A stretch of 63,818 bases of DNA, counting the filler, from Reticulomyxa filosa (lineage: Eukaryota; Protista; Foraminifera): NCBI GenBank assembly GCA_000512085.1. It is 22 parts of 22 records of this genome, joined end to end, with 100 filler letters (N's around TTAATTAATTAA, not from the genome) between each part and the next. Parts side by side here need not be neighbours in the genome. Positions count along the whole stretch, not along the records: positions 12,959 to 15,646 come from ASPP01009904.1; positions 15,747 to 17,349 come from ASPP01002201.1; positions 17,450 to 19,193 come from ASPP01019152.1; positions 19,294 to 22,177 come from ASPP01037536.1; positions 22,278 to 23,657 come from ASPP01023660.1; positions 23,758 to 25,270 come from ASPP01002987.1; positions 25,371 to 26,922 come from ASPP01009856.1; 15 more parts are not named here. One strand, 5' to 3'. Below, in pieces: positions 12,999-26,080 of the stretch (the stretch's first letter is position 1; each line of letters starts with the position of its first letter). Position numbers and translations under genes: made by a program. The notes beneath the pieces were generated by a model that worked only from the letters and a program-made list of their open reading frames with translations, was not told the DNA's origin and ran no database searches.

Positions 12999-14545
12999 GC
13001 AGGAAGCATTGGAAGATCAACATTTATTGGCGACACTGATCCGAGTGTATCGGATGACACATTACGTGAGCAAATATCGCAATTGCGAGTAAAAGTGGAC
13101 GAATACCGAAGCAAGAATGAGCACTACTTGCAGATGCTATCGGAGCTGACTCGCGCACGCAACGAAGATGAGTTGCAACGACAGCAGTACCAAGTGACGC
13201 TATTAAACTTGCAGCAGCACGTGGAATTGATGCAGCAAAAGTGCGTGGACCCCAGTGGTCTGTCGTTGGAGACCTTGCGCCAACGGCAGCTGCAGCAAAG
13301 TCGCATGGAGGTGCAAGAGCTGGCATCGCAATTGCAGCTGCAGGTCAACGTTAATCACGAGTGGCAGCACAAGTGCAAGCTGTTGCAAATCAACCACGAA
13401 CACCAAAGCAAGGCCTTTGAACACGAACATGCGCGGCTGGTTCGTGAATTGCGTCAACACCAACTGCTCTACCAAGGTCGAGGGCGTCAAATCCAAGACT
13501 CGCAGCTGCAACTTCAGTCCCTCCAAACCAAGTCTGTCGCTGACGTTACGCAAATACAGGCTCAACTCCAAACTTTGCAAAAACAGAGTCTCGACGCCAC
13601 GCGTGCCTTCGATGAGGCCAAACAAAAACACGAACAATTAACCATCCAACTCCAAGATTTACTCACTCAAAACAATGCTTGAAAGATGATTTGAAACGAT
13701 GTCGTTTGGAAACTGAACAAAAAGAGTTTTGTACATATACGTATATATATGCACATATACACATATATATATATATATATACGTATACGTACACGTCACA
13801 TAGCAAAGAGTTGGAGTCACTCAAACGTGTCAATCAGAACTTGAAGGAAGAAATGGAGTCACTCCTTCGATTTAACCACAAGCCATCACAGAATTTGGAG
13901 GCACTAACGACCACTCAACAACAAGAAATGGAGCAAATGAAAATCCGCATGAGAGAGGAGTTTCTACAACAACTAAACGAACAACAACTCAAATATCGTA
14001 AATTGCAAGAGCTGCTGTACTCCTCCAACGAACAAGCACTACCTTTGCAAAACACGGTCAAAGCTTTGGAGCAAGCCAATGCGGAGCTGCGCCTTCAATT
14101 GCAACATGCACTCGCTGTCAATGATAACGTCCATGCACACTCTGATTCGTTCCAATGCGAAATCGGCGTTCAAACCAATGAGTGCGTGTTGGACACAAAG
14201 CTCAATCCATTTGACCCTTTGGGAGCCTCCAATGTCGATCAACGCACAGATGATTTGGTTCACTTTTTTTTGGAAGAGTTCAAAGAAGAGTTTACAGGAC
14301 TTCGACAGACAAATGCACGTCTCATGGACCTGCTTCACAAACGTCATACCGACGATAATGATAAGATGGATATGCAACCTCCCTTACCACCACCACAAAC
14401 CAATCTTCAATTCCATCCTCCGAAATCTATTGATCCGATCGAAAGCTCTCATGTCAAGGAAGAGAGTGTTTTGATCCCTGATGACTGCTCACTCACTTCA
14501 TTTTCTGATCATTTTCAGTTCATTTCTCCTCTGGTCACCAATTAG
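12998..14545 (+). CDS. Q/E/L-rich coiled-coil protein, 5'-partial, with a frameshift at ~13680 and an intron
   Basis: Two long coiled-coil ORFs (13083-13682, 13679-14545) and a (TA)n intron at ~13730-13803. Confidence 0.65.
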
Positions 14546-15746
14546 CTTTCTTTTTTTTTTGCTCATTTGTTTATTTATTCATTTATTTAAGGCTTGTGTT
14601 TATTGCTTTCTTTGGGCTTTTTCAGATATTTTCGTTTTAAAATATCCTATTTTTGCTATTGATCTTACCACTATTTCCAGAGATCGGTATACACAAAAAT
14701 TAAAACAAAAAAATTACCACATGCTTACAATTTGAAGAATAACTTAATTTGAAAATTGTCCAAGTGTTGTGATTTTCAACTAAGGGCCAATAAATTTTGT
14801 ATTTCACCTTTTTACACAGTTTGGACCATTCAGGAGCCAAAAGAAAACATATTCTCAAGAAACTGTTGTTAAGTGCTTCAAAGTTTTTACAAAGTTTTAA
14901 GCAAATAATATCTAAGATATAACAGTACAATTCTCCTTTTTTAAAAAAATTCAGGAACATTAAAATCACAAATATACAACTGTACAAAAAAAAAAAAAAC
15001 AACAATGTTAAAAACATAATTCGAGAATTGAACATATTGTATTCAAGCCAACACGTTTTATAAAAATTAGTGCAACGCTTTTTCGCAGTATCATTCTCAA
15101 ATTTTGCTATCCTATCAAGCAAAACAAACAAATATTTCAGAAATAATACTAAAAAAAAAATTTTACAATAAAAAATGTCAACTCAGTACTAACCAACATT
15201 CCATCACCGATCTCAGTCTGTGGGTGGCTTTTTCATCAAAAAAAAAACAAACAAACAATTATTTGGTGTTACTTAACTATCTCACAAGACACTTTGTGTC
15301 AGCCAATTTTTTCATTCACGAGTGCAACAAATACACTTTGATTTTATCCCTAAAACATTTTTCTTCAAGTTAGAGATGCAAAAATATCTTATTCTTTATA
15401 TCAAATTAACACAAACTTTTTATCCCTTTTTTAACTTAAAAAAAAACTCAGGTGAGCTTAAGATATTTCAGTTTATAATAATATGTTAATTATTTTAGCA
15501 GTGAAAATTATTTACACAAAATGATCATTTTATCAAATGACGGAAAGCACTCAAGGCATCATATAAAGATTTTTATTTTCCATTGTTTTTCTTCAAATGT
15601 ATTTGTAGGCATTCTTTTCCCACCAAATAAACTTGTTCTACATTTTNNNNNNNNNNNNNNNNNNNNNNNNNNNNNNNNNNNNNNNNNNNNTTAATTAATT
15701 AANNNNNNNNNNNNNNNNNNNNNNNNNNNNNNNNNNNNNNNNNNNN

Positions 15747-16055
15747 TCTGCTTGGAGCATACAAACAACCATTATGAGGTTGGACAGGGCAAGAATTAGG
15801 ATTAATACTTAAGAATTGCTTTAAACAATTCGTTCCAACAATAAGCGATTCATTCGAGTCTTGGTGCTGTGTACAATCCATTTCAATTGGATTTCTGGCA
15901 ACTTGTTTGCAAATCAAGCAAATGAAGTGAGTAATTTGCTCTTGTTGGTTCAATTGCAAAATCCACTCTTTACTGAAACAAGATTTCTCTAGAGAAAATG
16001 GAGACACTCCAGTTTCGGTTTCTTTTGAAGTTTTCTCATCTTCTGTGTTGCTCAT
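15747..16055 (-). CDS. RING-like/TRAF-type zinc-finger N-terminus of an expanded gene family, 3'-truncated
   Basis: SCFSKEWILQLN...FICLICKQVA.NP.E..C.QH...IVG.NCLKQFL..NPNSCPVQPH..C, a degenerate RING pattern. Confidence 0.75.
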
Positions 16056-17449
16056 TGCTTTTTTCTTGAGGTAGGTTTTGTTATAACGATTGCACAAAGA
16101 TGATTGATTTCGTAGAATTTCGTTTTTTCATGGATGAGGCCACAACGAACTTGTGAACGAAATTAGCAGAAATTTCATTATTTGAACAATTTCGAGTTGT
16201 AGAAAAAACAAAATATTGAACAAAAAAGTATGTTAAAATAGAAAAGAGGAACAAGCGTTTACAAACGATAATAAAAAAATCATTTTGAAATGCTTTCTCA
16301 ATTTCGACTTTTACAAAAAGTTGTATTTTGAAGGAGATTGAAAAGTGAAGCAACTAGATATTGCAACATCAGATGTGACAGAATTTTGAATAGTATCTTT
16401 AAAGATTTTTTAGTTGTGTTACAGTCAAATGTTGGATTTTTTTTTAGCATAGAAAGAATGTTATAAGTTGAATTTAAATTGAAAATATTGTAAAATAAGC
16501 ACCTCAATGTGGAGCTAAGATGGAATCAAAGAATCAATTTGGAATCAATCTTCGACGTTTCAAGTTGTATTACACAGCTTAAGTATGTCAAGAATTTTTT
16601 TTTAGCAAGAATGGATCTTATCCAAGTTAAAATGAGCACCTCGTCCCAAAAGGAACACAGCAATATAATAAAAACAAACAAAAAAAGAAAAGATCAATAA
16701 AACATATCAAAAACTCATACACAACCAACACCAAGTAAAATTTTTTTTTTTAAGTTTTAATTTAAGCTTTAAAATATCAAAAAAAAACCAAATAAAATCT
16801 CAAAGATTATACGTCGAGATCAATCAACGGTTGTGAAAACAAATTTGGCTCTTCCCTGGTCAGTGAGAATTACAGGAGCAATGCTAATGCTCAACTTAAT
16901 CCTCTGAGCCTTGTTTTCGAAGTGTTGAGGTCTAAGAGAAATATTGAGATTCAATTTACATCTTTTAACAAATTAAAGCAAACTAAAACAAAAAATAAAA
17001 TTTAAATACTTATTATTAAAGAAATGCATGTGAATGTTGTTGCTATTGCCAATTCGGCCTATTTAATAAAAAAGTAGCTTAATTTTGTTCACCATTCTTT
17101 CTTGTTATATCGCGCAAAATCGCAATATCAGACATCTGACAAGTAAAAAATTTTTTTTATCACGATAAAAAAAAAAATTTTAATAGTTAAAAAAAAATTA
17201 TATGAAAGTATTTTCTTTGTCTTTGTTTATGTTTTCGCCATAATCTTGTTGACGACGAAAATCGTTGTTAATAATCGAACTTCTTTCAGATACTGCTAGA
17301 TGTTGCAGTATCTAGTTGTTCTGTGCTTGCCTTCCTTCAAAATACAACTNNNNNNNNNNNNNNNNNNNNNNNNNNNNNNNNNNNNNNNNNNNNTTAATTA
17401 ATTAANNNNNNNNNNNNNNNNNNNNNNNNNNNNNNNNNNNNNNNNNNNN

Positions 17450-17666
17450 TTCTTATTTTCAATATGAACTCCTTCGAAATTTTTAAAAATCATATTTTTC
17501 ATCAACCTAGGAAAAACTTATCATAAAATCAATTTCATATTTAAAAACTACAAGTTAGTATATATTAAAAAAAAAAAACAGGTTTAAATCTTTATTTTTC
17601 ATGGAGAAAATCGATTCTCTTCATAGTGCCATTTAGGTATGACAGTTTTTTTTGCAATCTACTGTA
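17450..17666. mobile_element. Tc1/mariner TIR copy ending ACTG|TA, abutting a LINE remnant
   Basis: Near-identical to 12-262. Terminus CAATCTACTG (17664) plus TA. Confidence 0.8.
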
Positions 17667-18480
17667 TTGCCACCATTCTTTAACATTTGATTGTGGACCC
17701 TATCAGAACCTTGAGCTTTGTATGTAGATATAGCATCAATAACTTCTTCTTTTGTAATATCATTCTGATGGATATCACTCCTACTAATAAAATCATCACG
17801 CAATTCCAATGGTTTTGATATTGCAACTTTAAATCTAATGTCATCTTCAATCATCCCAATCTCATCCAATGACAATATACTCAGTAATTTCATAGCATAT
17901 TGTAACTCTTGCTCGAATACTTGAATATTGAATTGCTTGCAATGCAAATTTCGGTAGATACTGCAATACATTTAATGTATCAGGCATATTATTGAATGAT
18001 CGTGATGAATGTAAATTAATACTACTGTCTCAATCAAGTGATGAACGTAAAGATACTGAAATTATAATCGCTGGCCTTCTTCTTTGATCTGAATCTTTTT
18101 TGCAATAAACAGATATGTGGCTGCTTATAATGCAAGTTTTGCTCTAATGTTTGCGCCTTGGAATAAAATCCGTTATTGTAAATTGTTGACATTATCCCGT
18201 GGATACATCAATGAAGATGGGGTTCCTACAGTTGAACCAGATTCCACCAATGCAATCGCAATGATGCCCCAATCCAATAAATCACCATTTGCTATATTCA
18301 ATGAACCAACATCATATGAAATTCTGTTATCGTTGAATTTTGTTTTCATTGTGATATTCTGTGATGGAAGCACATTCCCAATTGGAGGTACATGACTTGT
18401 CATTCAACATTCATATTTGCCACAATGTCTGGATTTGGAATATCCAATCAAGTGCATTACAACAAACATCGGATCAGAGA
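17667..18480 (-). mobile_element. Degenerate non-LTR retrotransposon (LINE) fragment: AP-endonuclease and pre-RT remnants
   Basis: ITKEEVIDAISTYKAQGSDRVHNQMLKNGG matches the LINE pre-RT motif (KAPGPDGI..xMLK); YCSIYRN; many stops; DNA homology to 59493-59670. Confidence 0.75.
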
Positions 18481-18496
18481 TTGAAGCAATGATACT

Positions 18497-19193
18497 TGAA
18501 TTTAGTTTTTTATTAAAAATAAATATTTTATTGATTGTTGTAGCAATGAAATTTGACAACTTTTTTTAAGCATTTGCAGAAAGGATATTTTAAAAATTAT
18601 CCTTCTACGTTGCATAAACCAATTTTTTGTTGTTAAAAATTTTTTTACAAAGTTTGTACATTGTGAAAGCATGATTGTTTTTGGACTACTCTTTGCTTTG
18701 TCTCACTCATTATCATTTTTTTGTCCAATAAGTCTAGTTATTTCAAATCTTAAGAACTGGAAATTTTTTATGTTATAAGATTTTTTTTAATGAAAATTAT
18801 CATTTGATTAAATTACTTTAGTATTGTATAATGAATGCTTGTATTCGCTTTAGCATTGATTTGTAAGTTTGTGTATGTTTCTTGTCAATTTTTTTACATT
18901 CTAATTCGAATTGTCTACAAAGTTCTTTTTTGACCTGACTAGTCTGTTTTTATATATTTTTGTTTCTACTCTACAATTATTATTATCTTCTAACACCAAT
19001 CAATGCTTTTGATCATTTTATCACCTAGAATTTCTTTGCATATCTGCATTGACATCCATCATTTTTCCTGCTACCCATGTCCTAACATTCCAAACCAGGA
19101 CCACAATATTATATTTCCACCACCAAATTTTAATGTTTTTATAATTGCATTTCCGAACTGAAAAAAAATAAAAATAAATTACAAAATATTGAA
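18497..19193 (-). mobile_element. Decayed Tc1-like transposon fragment (transposase remnant plus TIR-related sequence)
   Basis: Minus-strand KTLKFGGGNIILWSWFG at ~19085-19140 and SMLKRIQAFI near 18830-18860. 18497-18650 resembles the TIR-associated sequence at 28290-28430. Confidence 0.7.
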
Positions 19194-19293
19194 NNNNNNN
19201 NNNNNNNNNNNNNNNNNNNNNNNNNNNNNNNNNNNNNTTAATTAATTAANNNNNNNNNNNNNNNNNNNNNNNNNNNNNNNNNNNNNNNNNNNN

Positions 19294-19319
<26 letters not shown>

Positions 19320-19329
<10 letters not shown>

Positions 19330-20495
19330 AAAAACAATAAAAAAGTCGAAACTTTCAACATCAAAGAGAGAGGATATTCTCCGCAAATGGTGTTTCCAGT
19401 GTGCTCCAAATACTTTCGAAAATCAGGGAAGGACAAGCGTTCAATGTGTCCCATGCCGATATGGTCCATGGCTTGAATAAACTCCCAAATTTCCTTGCCG
19501 TTGTTGCTATCATTGTGACTAGTTTTTTTATTTGCAGAACGTTGATTATCATCCTCATCATAGTCATCATCATTGTCATCATCATAATCATCATCATAAT
19601 CATCATCATTATCATCATCATTATCATCATCATCATCATTGTGATGTCTTTTCTCTTTTGTCTTTTCCTCATTTCTATCTTTATCTTTATCCTTATTATT
19701 ATTATTATTATTATTATTGGCAAGTTGAAAGACAAAGGGGAGATCCTTTGGCAAGGGCATGTAATCGTAATGTTTTCCCCAGTGGCAAAAATCGGAGGAA
19801 ATGACAAAGAAGGTGCGCTCATCGTCGAAATACTTGGCCAAAACAGGCGCCAACTTATCAAAGTCTCTGTCGTGCAAGTGTCCGACCATCATTGGCACAA
19901 TGGCATAGTTGCAGCCCTTCATCACATAGGCAATGTAAGGAATGCACATTTCAATGCTATGTTCACTGGCGTCCTCTTTCAACGTCAATTTCGAAAAGTA
20001 CCCTGTCTTCAACAGCTCTTTGTTCGTGTCCACGTCGATCGTCACATCGCCGTGAGGCGTCTGCCAACGTGTGCATCCGCTCAACAAACATCGAGACGTC
20101 TTCCCGTGCGTGGCGCCACAGTGATCCGGACCCAACACAAAGATACGCTTTATCTCTTCTCGTCGCTTATGTCGCAACATGTGGATGTAACTGTGCGCCC
20201 CTGTCGCCCCGCTGAACGAATAGCCCGCGTGGGGGCTTATTACTGCCTTTACTTGTCCTTCTACACCCACTTTCGCGCTCTTTAGCCACGTGTTCATTTC
20301 TTCCGACAATTGTTTCGCTGTTGCATTTTTTTTTTTTTTCAAATTTTTTTTTTTTTTTAAAGCACCCAAAGGTTGAACTTTCTCTCCTTTGGAAAAACAA
20401 AAAAACGTTAGGCTTATGCACATACTTTCTTTCGTATACCAACTCCCAGCTTTCGCAGCTGGACGAATCACTTCTTCATGTTTTATCCCAGTCAT
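19320..20495 (-). CDS. MEMO1: MEMO1 family protein (AmmeMemoRadiSam protein B-like), 3'-partial
   Basis: IRPAAKAGSWY, AVISPHAGYSFSG, RIFVLGPDH, EHSIEM, FVISSDFCHWG, NTICGEYP; intron ~20320-20428. Confidence 0.92.
19500..19720. repeat. (ATC)n/(ATT)n trinucleotide microsatellites inside MEMO1
   Basis: Direct tandem repeats encoding poly-D and poly-N on the minus strand. Confidence 0.9.
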
Positions 20496-22277
20496 TCCTG
20501 TAATGGAAATTCTTTTTGGAGTTTTTATTCGAATAGTGAACGTCCAACACCGATTTTTTTAGAGCCGAGTTCACACAAGGGGCGCGACAATAAATAGTGA
20601 GGTTTTTGGAGATAAAGCTATCACTAGCAAAATAATATGATAATTCACTCTATTTTCTTTATTAAAACATAAATAAGATAACGCACACTGGTCTTAATTA
20701 TTTTCACTAGAAAAAAGCCTTTGCATGAAATAGTAAAAAAATTGTCATTATCCTTAATTTGTGGTACTACACATTCAAACAGTTCGAAATATTAGTGTAG
20801 AGAGTAGTCTATGCTAGGAACCAAAAAGCTAAAATGAAAATGATCGCAATGTTGCCAGAAAAACGTTAGTGCAACTTTAAAGTCAATTATGATTTTACTG
20901 ATTGTTTATACTACATACCCAATCGTTTGCGTGCAGAGCAACACTAACAAGCATTCACAAAACAAAAACAACTAGACAAGAAACAAACACAAGAAAATTT
21001 TTTATATATAATATTTTTCTAATTCAGTATTCTATCGTTTTCTGTATATGTTCCAAATGAGGTGATGAATCTTTTGCTGTTGGCATAACTTCTCATTTGC
21101 CTGAAACTTGTTGTTTCTTCTTCATTTATGTTTTGTGTTCATCTTCATTACCAGTGTGATGTTGTGATCGTTAGAATTGTTTCATTAACTAACTTTATTA
21201 GTTTTGGAACGTGTATAACTTTTTCGAATAAGTGCATTGCTTTTATTTTTATAATTACAAGAAAGTCTTTTGATAATTTCGTATATAACAATAAATTTCA
21301 GCTGTAACTTTGCTTTATTTCAGGCTTGTTGATCTCCTAATTATAACGGTACTTTTTCTCCAACACTGAATCAATGTCAAAGTATATTTTTGTTTTCAAA
21401 ACGTAGGAACTTTACATCATTTTTATTCTATTTATTTCTTATTCAAGTATAAGTTATAAAACTTTTTTGGTCATATTTAAATATCTTTTTATAATAATGT
21501 ATTTGTTGTTTTGTTTAATCTGTGAACTAATTACTACTAATAATTATTCAGATTTTGCCAAAGCGTATATGTTAAAGTCAACATCTTGTTTATATATTGT
21601 AATAAATAATTTATTTTGTTTTATATGTAGTTACTTAATTATTTTCAATTTAGCTTTTAATCTTTTAAATGTTGTCATATAAAGATATACATTTCTACTT
21701 TACATTTTTTGACGTAGTTTCGATAACTTTGATTTTAGTCAGCAATGTTATTGTATATTTTCTTCAAATATTGTATAAAACAAGTGTAAAATGTTTTCCA
21801 TTATCAATGTTCTAACATAAACGACAATATAAGTAATGCACTTGTATAAGTATTGTCTGACACTTGATTAGAATGGTATATTTTTCAACATAATTGCAGT
21901 TACAAGTATCGAAATGTTCGAGTTTCTTTAAGCGATTAATCTTTGTGTCTATATTCAAATCGACAGACGATGTGTTTTTATCATGATTCTAACAAATGTC
22001 TTTGCAATCATCGAAACCTTTTCTAGTCAATAAATTGCCTTTCAGTTGTTGGAACTTGAAGAGTTATTTATTATAAGAATGATATCTTTCTGATGATTAA
22101 AGGCAATCAATGTAGAGAAATGACAATATTGTTAGATACAGTAGGTTGCAAAGAAAACTGAACGCATAAAACGATATNNNNNNNNNNNNNNNNNNNNNNN
22201 NNNNNNNNNNNNNNNNNNNNNTTAATTAATTAANNNNNNNNNNNNNNNNNNNNNNNNNNNNNNNNNNNNNNNNNNNN

Positions 22278-23502
22278 AATATATGCCCACATAGACCGAA
22301 GATAAGAGATAGAAAGCAGGCAAAGTACTTTTTTTTTTTTAAAAAAAAAGTAAAGTATGTTCGGAATGAAATATACACGAATAAAACCTGAATGTGGAAC
22401 ATATTCTTGCAACATCCAATCTTCGCTCAGATCGATGTTATCAATGATCAAGTCTGGTGATGGAATGAAGCGGATGCGATGTGCATTGCACTTGAGATCT
22501 TTTTCGGCATCTTTTGTGACGGGTGAAACGCCAATTCTGGACTTGGCGATGACGGGATAAGAGAGTTTTAAAAATTTTTGATAAGTTGGATGGTTTTGAT
22601 AATCGTTGTTATCATTGTTATTATTATTATTATTATTATTATTTTGTCATTGTTATTGTTATTGCCGTTAGTAGTAGTGTTGCTCTTGTCGCAATTGTGC
22701 AATTGCTTTTGAAAACTCTGTTGGAAATCGGTCAATTCTTGTGAGGTAAATAACAAGCTTCGCGGCGAGGAAAATGTAATGGAAAGGCCCTTGTCTTCTT
22801 TGCTTTCGTACTCCAAATTGGCACTTCGCAGCGTGTTGTAAATGTGCCATCGGTCAGTGGTTCGAAATGCGGCAAAGGGGTGGTCCAATACATACATACG
22901 GTGACGTGCTGGCGACGGTGACAATGAGGATATTTCGCAAATCTTATTTGAATTTGTATTTGTATTTGTATTTGTATTTATACTTGCATTTGAATCTTCA
23001 ACGACAATTACACGTTCAGTATCATTTTCACTTTTACTTTTACTTTTACTTGTCTCTTTAATACAATTGTTTGTTTCGTTCAATACATCAAGTTCATTAT
23101 TTTTTTCCAAATCAAACGAATAGGGATACCTTTCAAAATCAAGATTGGTCTGACACGACTTTATAAGTTGAAAGCACTCTTTCAATTGTCTATTCACTTC
23201 AGGCTCCGTCCGTGCCGCCACATACCAACTCGCCAATTTGTGTACCAAAATGTCAAATGGGCCCTTGTTACATATATACGTGCGTGAGTAGGTGTGCGTT
23301 TATCAACACCATCTTTGAACTCGTATTTTTTTTTTTAAAAAAAAAAAAAGAAGAAGTGAAAAACTTGCTCCTCCAAAGGCCGAGACAAATCAACAAAATG
23401 TAGTTGAATATCATGACGATAGGGCACTTCAAACACGCCTTTCGATTGGAGCTTTTCCATTTTGTGTGGCAATATGTACACTCCAACACGGAGTGGTCGC
23501 AT
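22278..23502 (-). CDS. ITPK1: Inositol-tetrakisphosphate 1-kinase-like ATP-grasp protein, 3'-partial
   Basis: VDLSRPLEEQ|GPFDILVHKL, VLDHP...DRWHIY, YPVIAKSR, WMLQEYVPHSG match ITPK1 motifs in order. Confidence 0.75.
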
Positions 23503-23757
23503 TGTGTATGGAGTTTTACTTAGGGTTGCCAACACATCTATTAAAAAAGAATTTTTTCTTTTTTTTTGAGAAGAGGGGTTTAAAAAAAATGAACCAAAAA
23601 AAAAAAAATTCAAAACTAGGCAACTCGCGGAGAGACGTAATTCTAGCATCAGGGTTANNNNNNNNNNNNNNNNNNNNNNNNNNNNNNNNNNNNNNNNNNN
23701 NTTAATTAATTAANNNNNNNNNNNNNNNNNNNNNNNNNNNNNNNNNNNNNNNNNNNN

Positions 23758-25270
23758 TAAGTGCTTCATTAAAAAAAAACAAAGCGGAATGGACGAGACT
23801 GTGATACATCAATGGCGTCAATCTGGAAAATGAAATGACCTCAACAAGCTTGTCAAAGTTGCCCAATTTCGCTTGCACGCCAGCCAAGGCAAAGATCAAG
23901 GAAGGCAGCCACTTGTGTGAGTTTGCAAGGAAAAGTACCCTCGAGTATTTTTCGCATATCGCCATCAAATCGATTTCGCCCACGTGCTTCTTCAATTGCA
24001 GCGACGACAGTCCCGTCATCGTCGAGTATACGTGCACCATTACCTTTAGCGCTCGCACACCATTCCAACGTACATCTGCTTCCCTTTTTTTTTTTTTAAT
24101 TTACAAACAAATCAGTCACAAATGCTGAATGCCATTTTGCAACGTTTTTTTAATTTCAAAACAAATAAACAAAAAATGAACTGGACATAATCGGCCAGAC
24201 TGTTGAGCAAACTAGGAAAATATTCAGGACGATTGTGGGAAACGGCATAATTTGCCAACGTCATAAAATCTTCAAACCTTAAAACGAATGTTGTGGAGAT
24301 ATTCAAAAATCGCGATCTCAGAACAAAGGAGTGAAAGATATCCTTGCAATACAGTGGAAAAACAATGTCTTCGATAAGTGGAAACCCTTTCATGTCTTCC
24401 ACTTCCTGTTTTGTAAACGCGATTATCCATGGCCACACTGCGTTTGTAACAGTCAATCGATTATTACTTTGATGTTCTTGTTTGTTTATCACAACAATCA
24501 ATGTCTTTTGATCACATCATTATATACATATATATAAACATATATATGTATATAATGACATGTTTGCTAACCATCCTGCAGCTGTCGCAAAGTGTAAACA
24601 CAGTAATCGAAAATCGTCGATTGCAACAAAGACGGGGTCTCTTGGGTGTAATGATGGCGGATAAAAGCAAAGACAGATTGGACCAAGTCTGTGGTGGAGG
24701 CCACGTCTGCACAACACTTGTAATGGCGAGTGTCGTCAGGAGGTGTGATGAAAGTGCAAATGAGATTGGCCAAAGCTTTTTGAAACGAATCCTCTTCGAA
24801 GTGAAGCAAGGACTGATTGAAAGAGAGGAATTTCAAGAGATAGGGGATTCGTCTTCGCACATGGTGTTTCATTTCCGACTCACTCTGCGCTTCCAATTTC
24901 TTCGCCAATTCCGACTCCGACCAGCTGCTGTAGTGTGCGTTTCTCTTGAGCAAGCCGTTGTTCATAATATCGCAAATCAATTCATTGCAACAAGGCAACA
25001 GCATAGTAGTGGTGGTATTGGTATTAGTATTAGCATTAGTATTAGCATTAGTAGTAGTAGCAGTAGTAGTAGGAAAAACAAGTTGCCAATCAACGAATAG
25101 CGATAGTACATTGTGTTCCTCAATGCGATCCTTGTCACCCCACAGCAACTCGCTACGAATTATTTTATACCACAATGAGTCTTTCGACAATTGATGGTGC
25201 TGTTCTTCACTCTCATTATCATCATTTCTTTTTTGTCACAATTATGTTTCAATACCAAAAAAAAAAAAAA
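23758..25270 (-). CDS. Hypothetical multi-exon protein fragment (helical)
   Basis: Three collinear minus-strand ORFs separated by (TA)n or A-rich introns; no family recognised. Confidence 0.55.
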
Positions 25271-25370
25271 NNNNNNNNNNNNNNNNNNNNNNNNNNNNNN
25301 NNNNNNNNNNNNNNTTAATTAATTAANNNNNNNNNNNNNNNNNNNNNNNNNNNNNNNNNNNNNNNNNNNN

Positions 25371-25822
25371 ATATATATATATTTTTTTTGTTTTGTTTTG
25401 CCCCTTTTTTCCCTCTTCCCCCCCCTTTTTGTTGACTCTTTGACAAAACAGGATTTAATGAAATGGTGCAAATCGCTGGCTTGTTTGATACCGCGGTCCG
25501 AGAGCGGACTGTCGAAAAAGTAAGAATCATTGGTAACGAACAAAATCAACTCACAGAAAATGCCTGTGAACAGGCGGAGTGGAAATCCCCAGTCAAACTC
25601 GCGATTAAATATCTCGTTCCACACCGACTCGGCATGACGGACCAATATCAGTGTCTTCGTTTTTTTCACGGTCACTGTCTTCGAACTGTAGACAAGGCCG
25701 GGATTGTATCCGGGGAAATTAGTCTTCTTGTCTTGTCCAAAGAAGAGATAATACAATCCCATTACAAACAACACGCATTTGTAATAGATTGTACTCAGCA
25801 AAATAAACAAAGGCTTGAACAT
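25371..25822 (-). CDS. Histidine phosphatase (phosphoglycerate mutase-like) with N-terminal membrane segment, 3'-partial
   Basis: LILVRHAESVWN (RHG/RHA motif) and DSPLSDRGIKQA. Confidence 0.8.
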
Positions 25823-26080
25823 CTCTTCAATCGCTCAATGAAAGAGGGCGGAACACCAACCAGAAATCTTTTTTTCCCCAAATATTATCTACAAACTCAA
25901 AAACGTTTTAATATACTCGGAGCAAGTGTGTATAGAATCTTTTGTTTTAAGAATGAAATGAGGATTTCTGTTATTTACTTTTCGATCTCTTTTTAAAAGC
26001 AAGACTTTAACAAGTTTATTATTTTAAATAAAAGTGGCAGTTCAAAAAAAAAAAAAAAAAAGGCTAGAGATAGATAGATA

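Noticed and set aside
13676-13684. Programmed frameshift or TGA readthrough in the coiled-coil gene
   Set aside because: One missing T (GCT TTG) restores the frame and there is no slippery site; probably a homopolymer error.
19361-20285. Poly-Ile, poly-Met and poly-His ORFs overlapping MEMO1
   Set aside because: Alternative-frame readings of trinucleotide microsatellites.
20900-22177. Possible gene in the AT-rich stretch upstream of MEMO1
   Set aside because: No long ORF or recognisable motif; at most an unidentifiable remnant.
23651-23657. Telomere start AGGGTTA at a contig end
   Set aside because: A single repeat unit; expected by chance.
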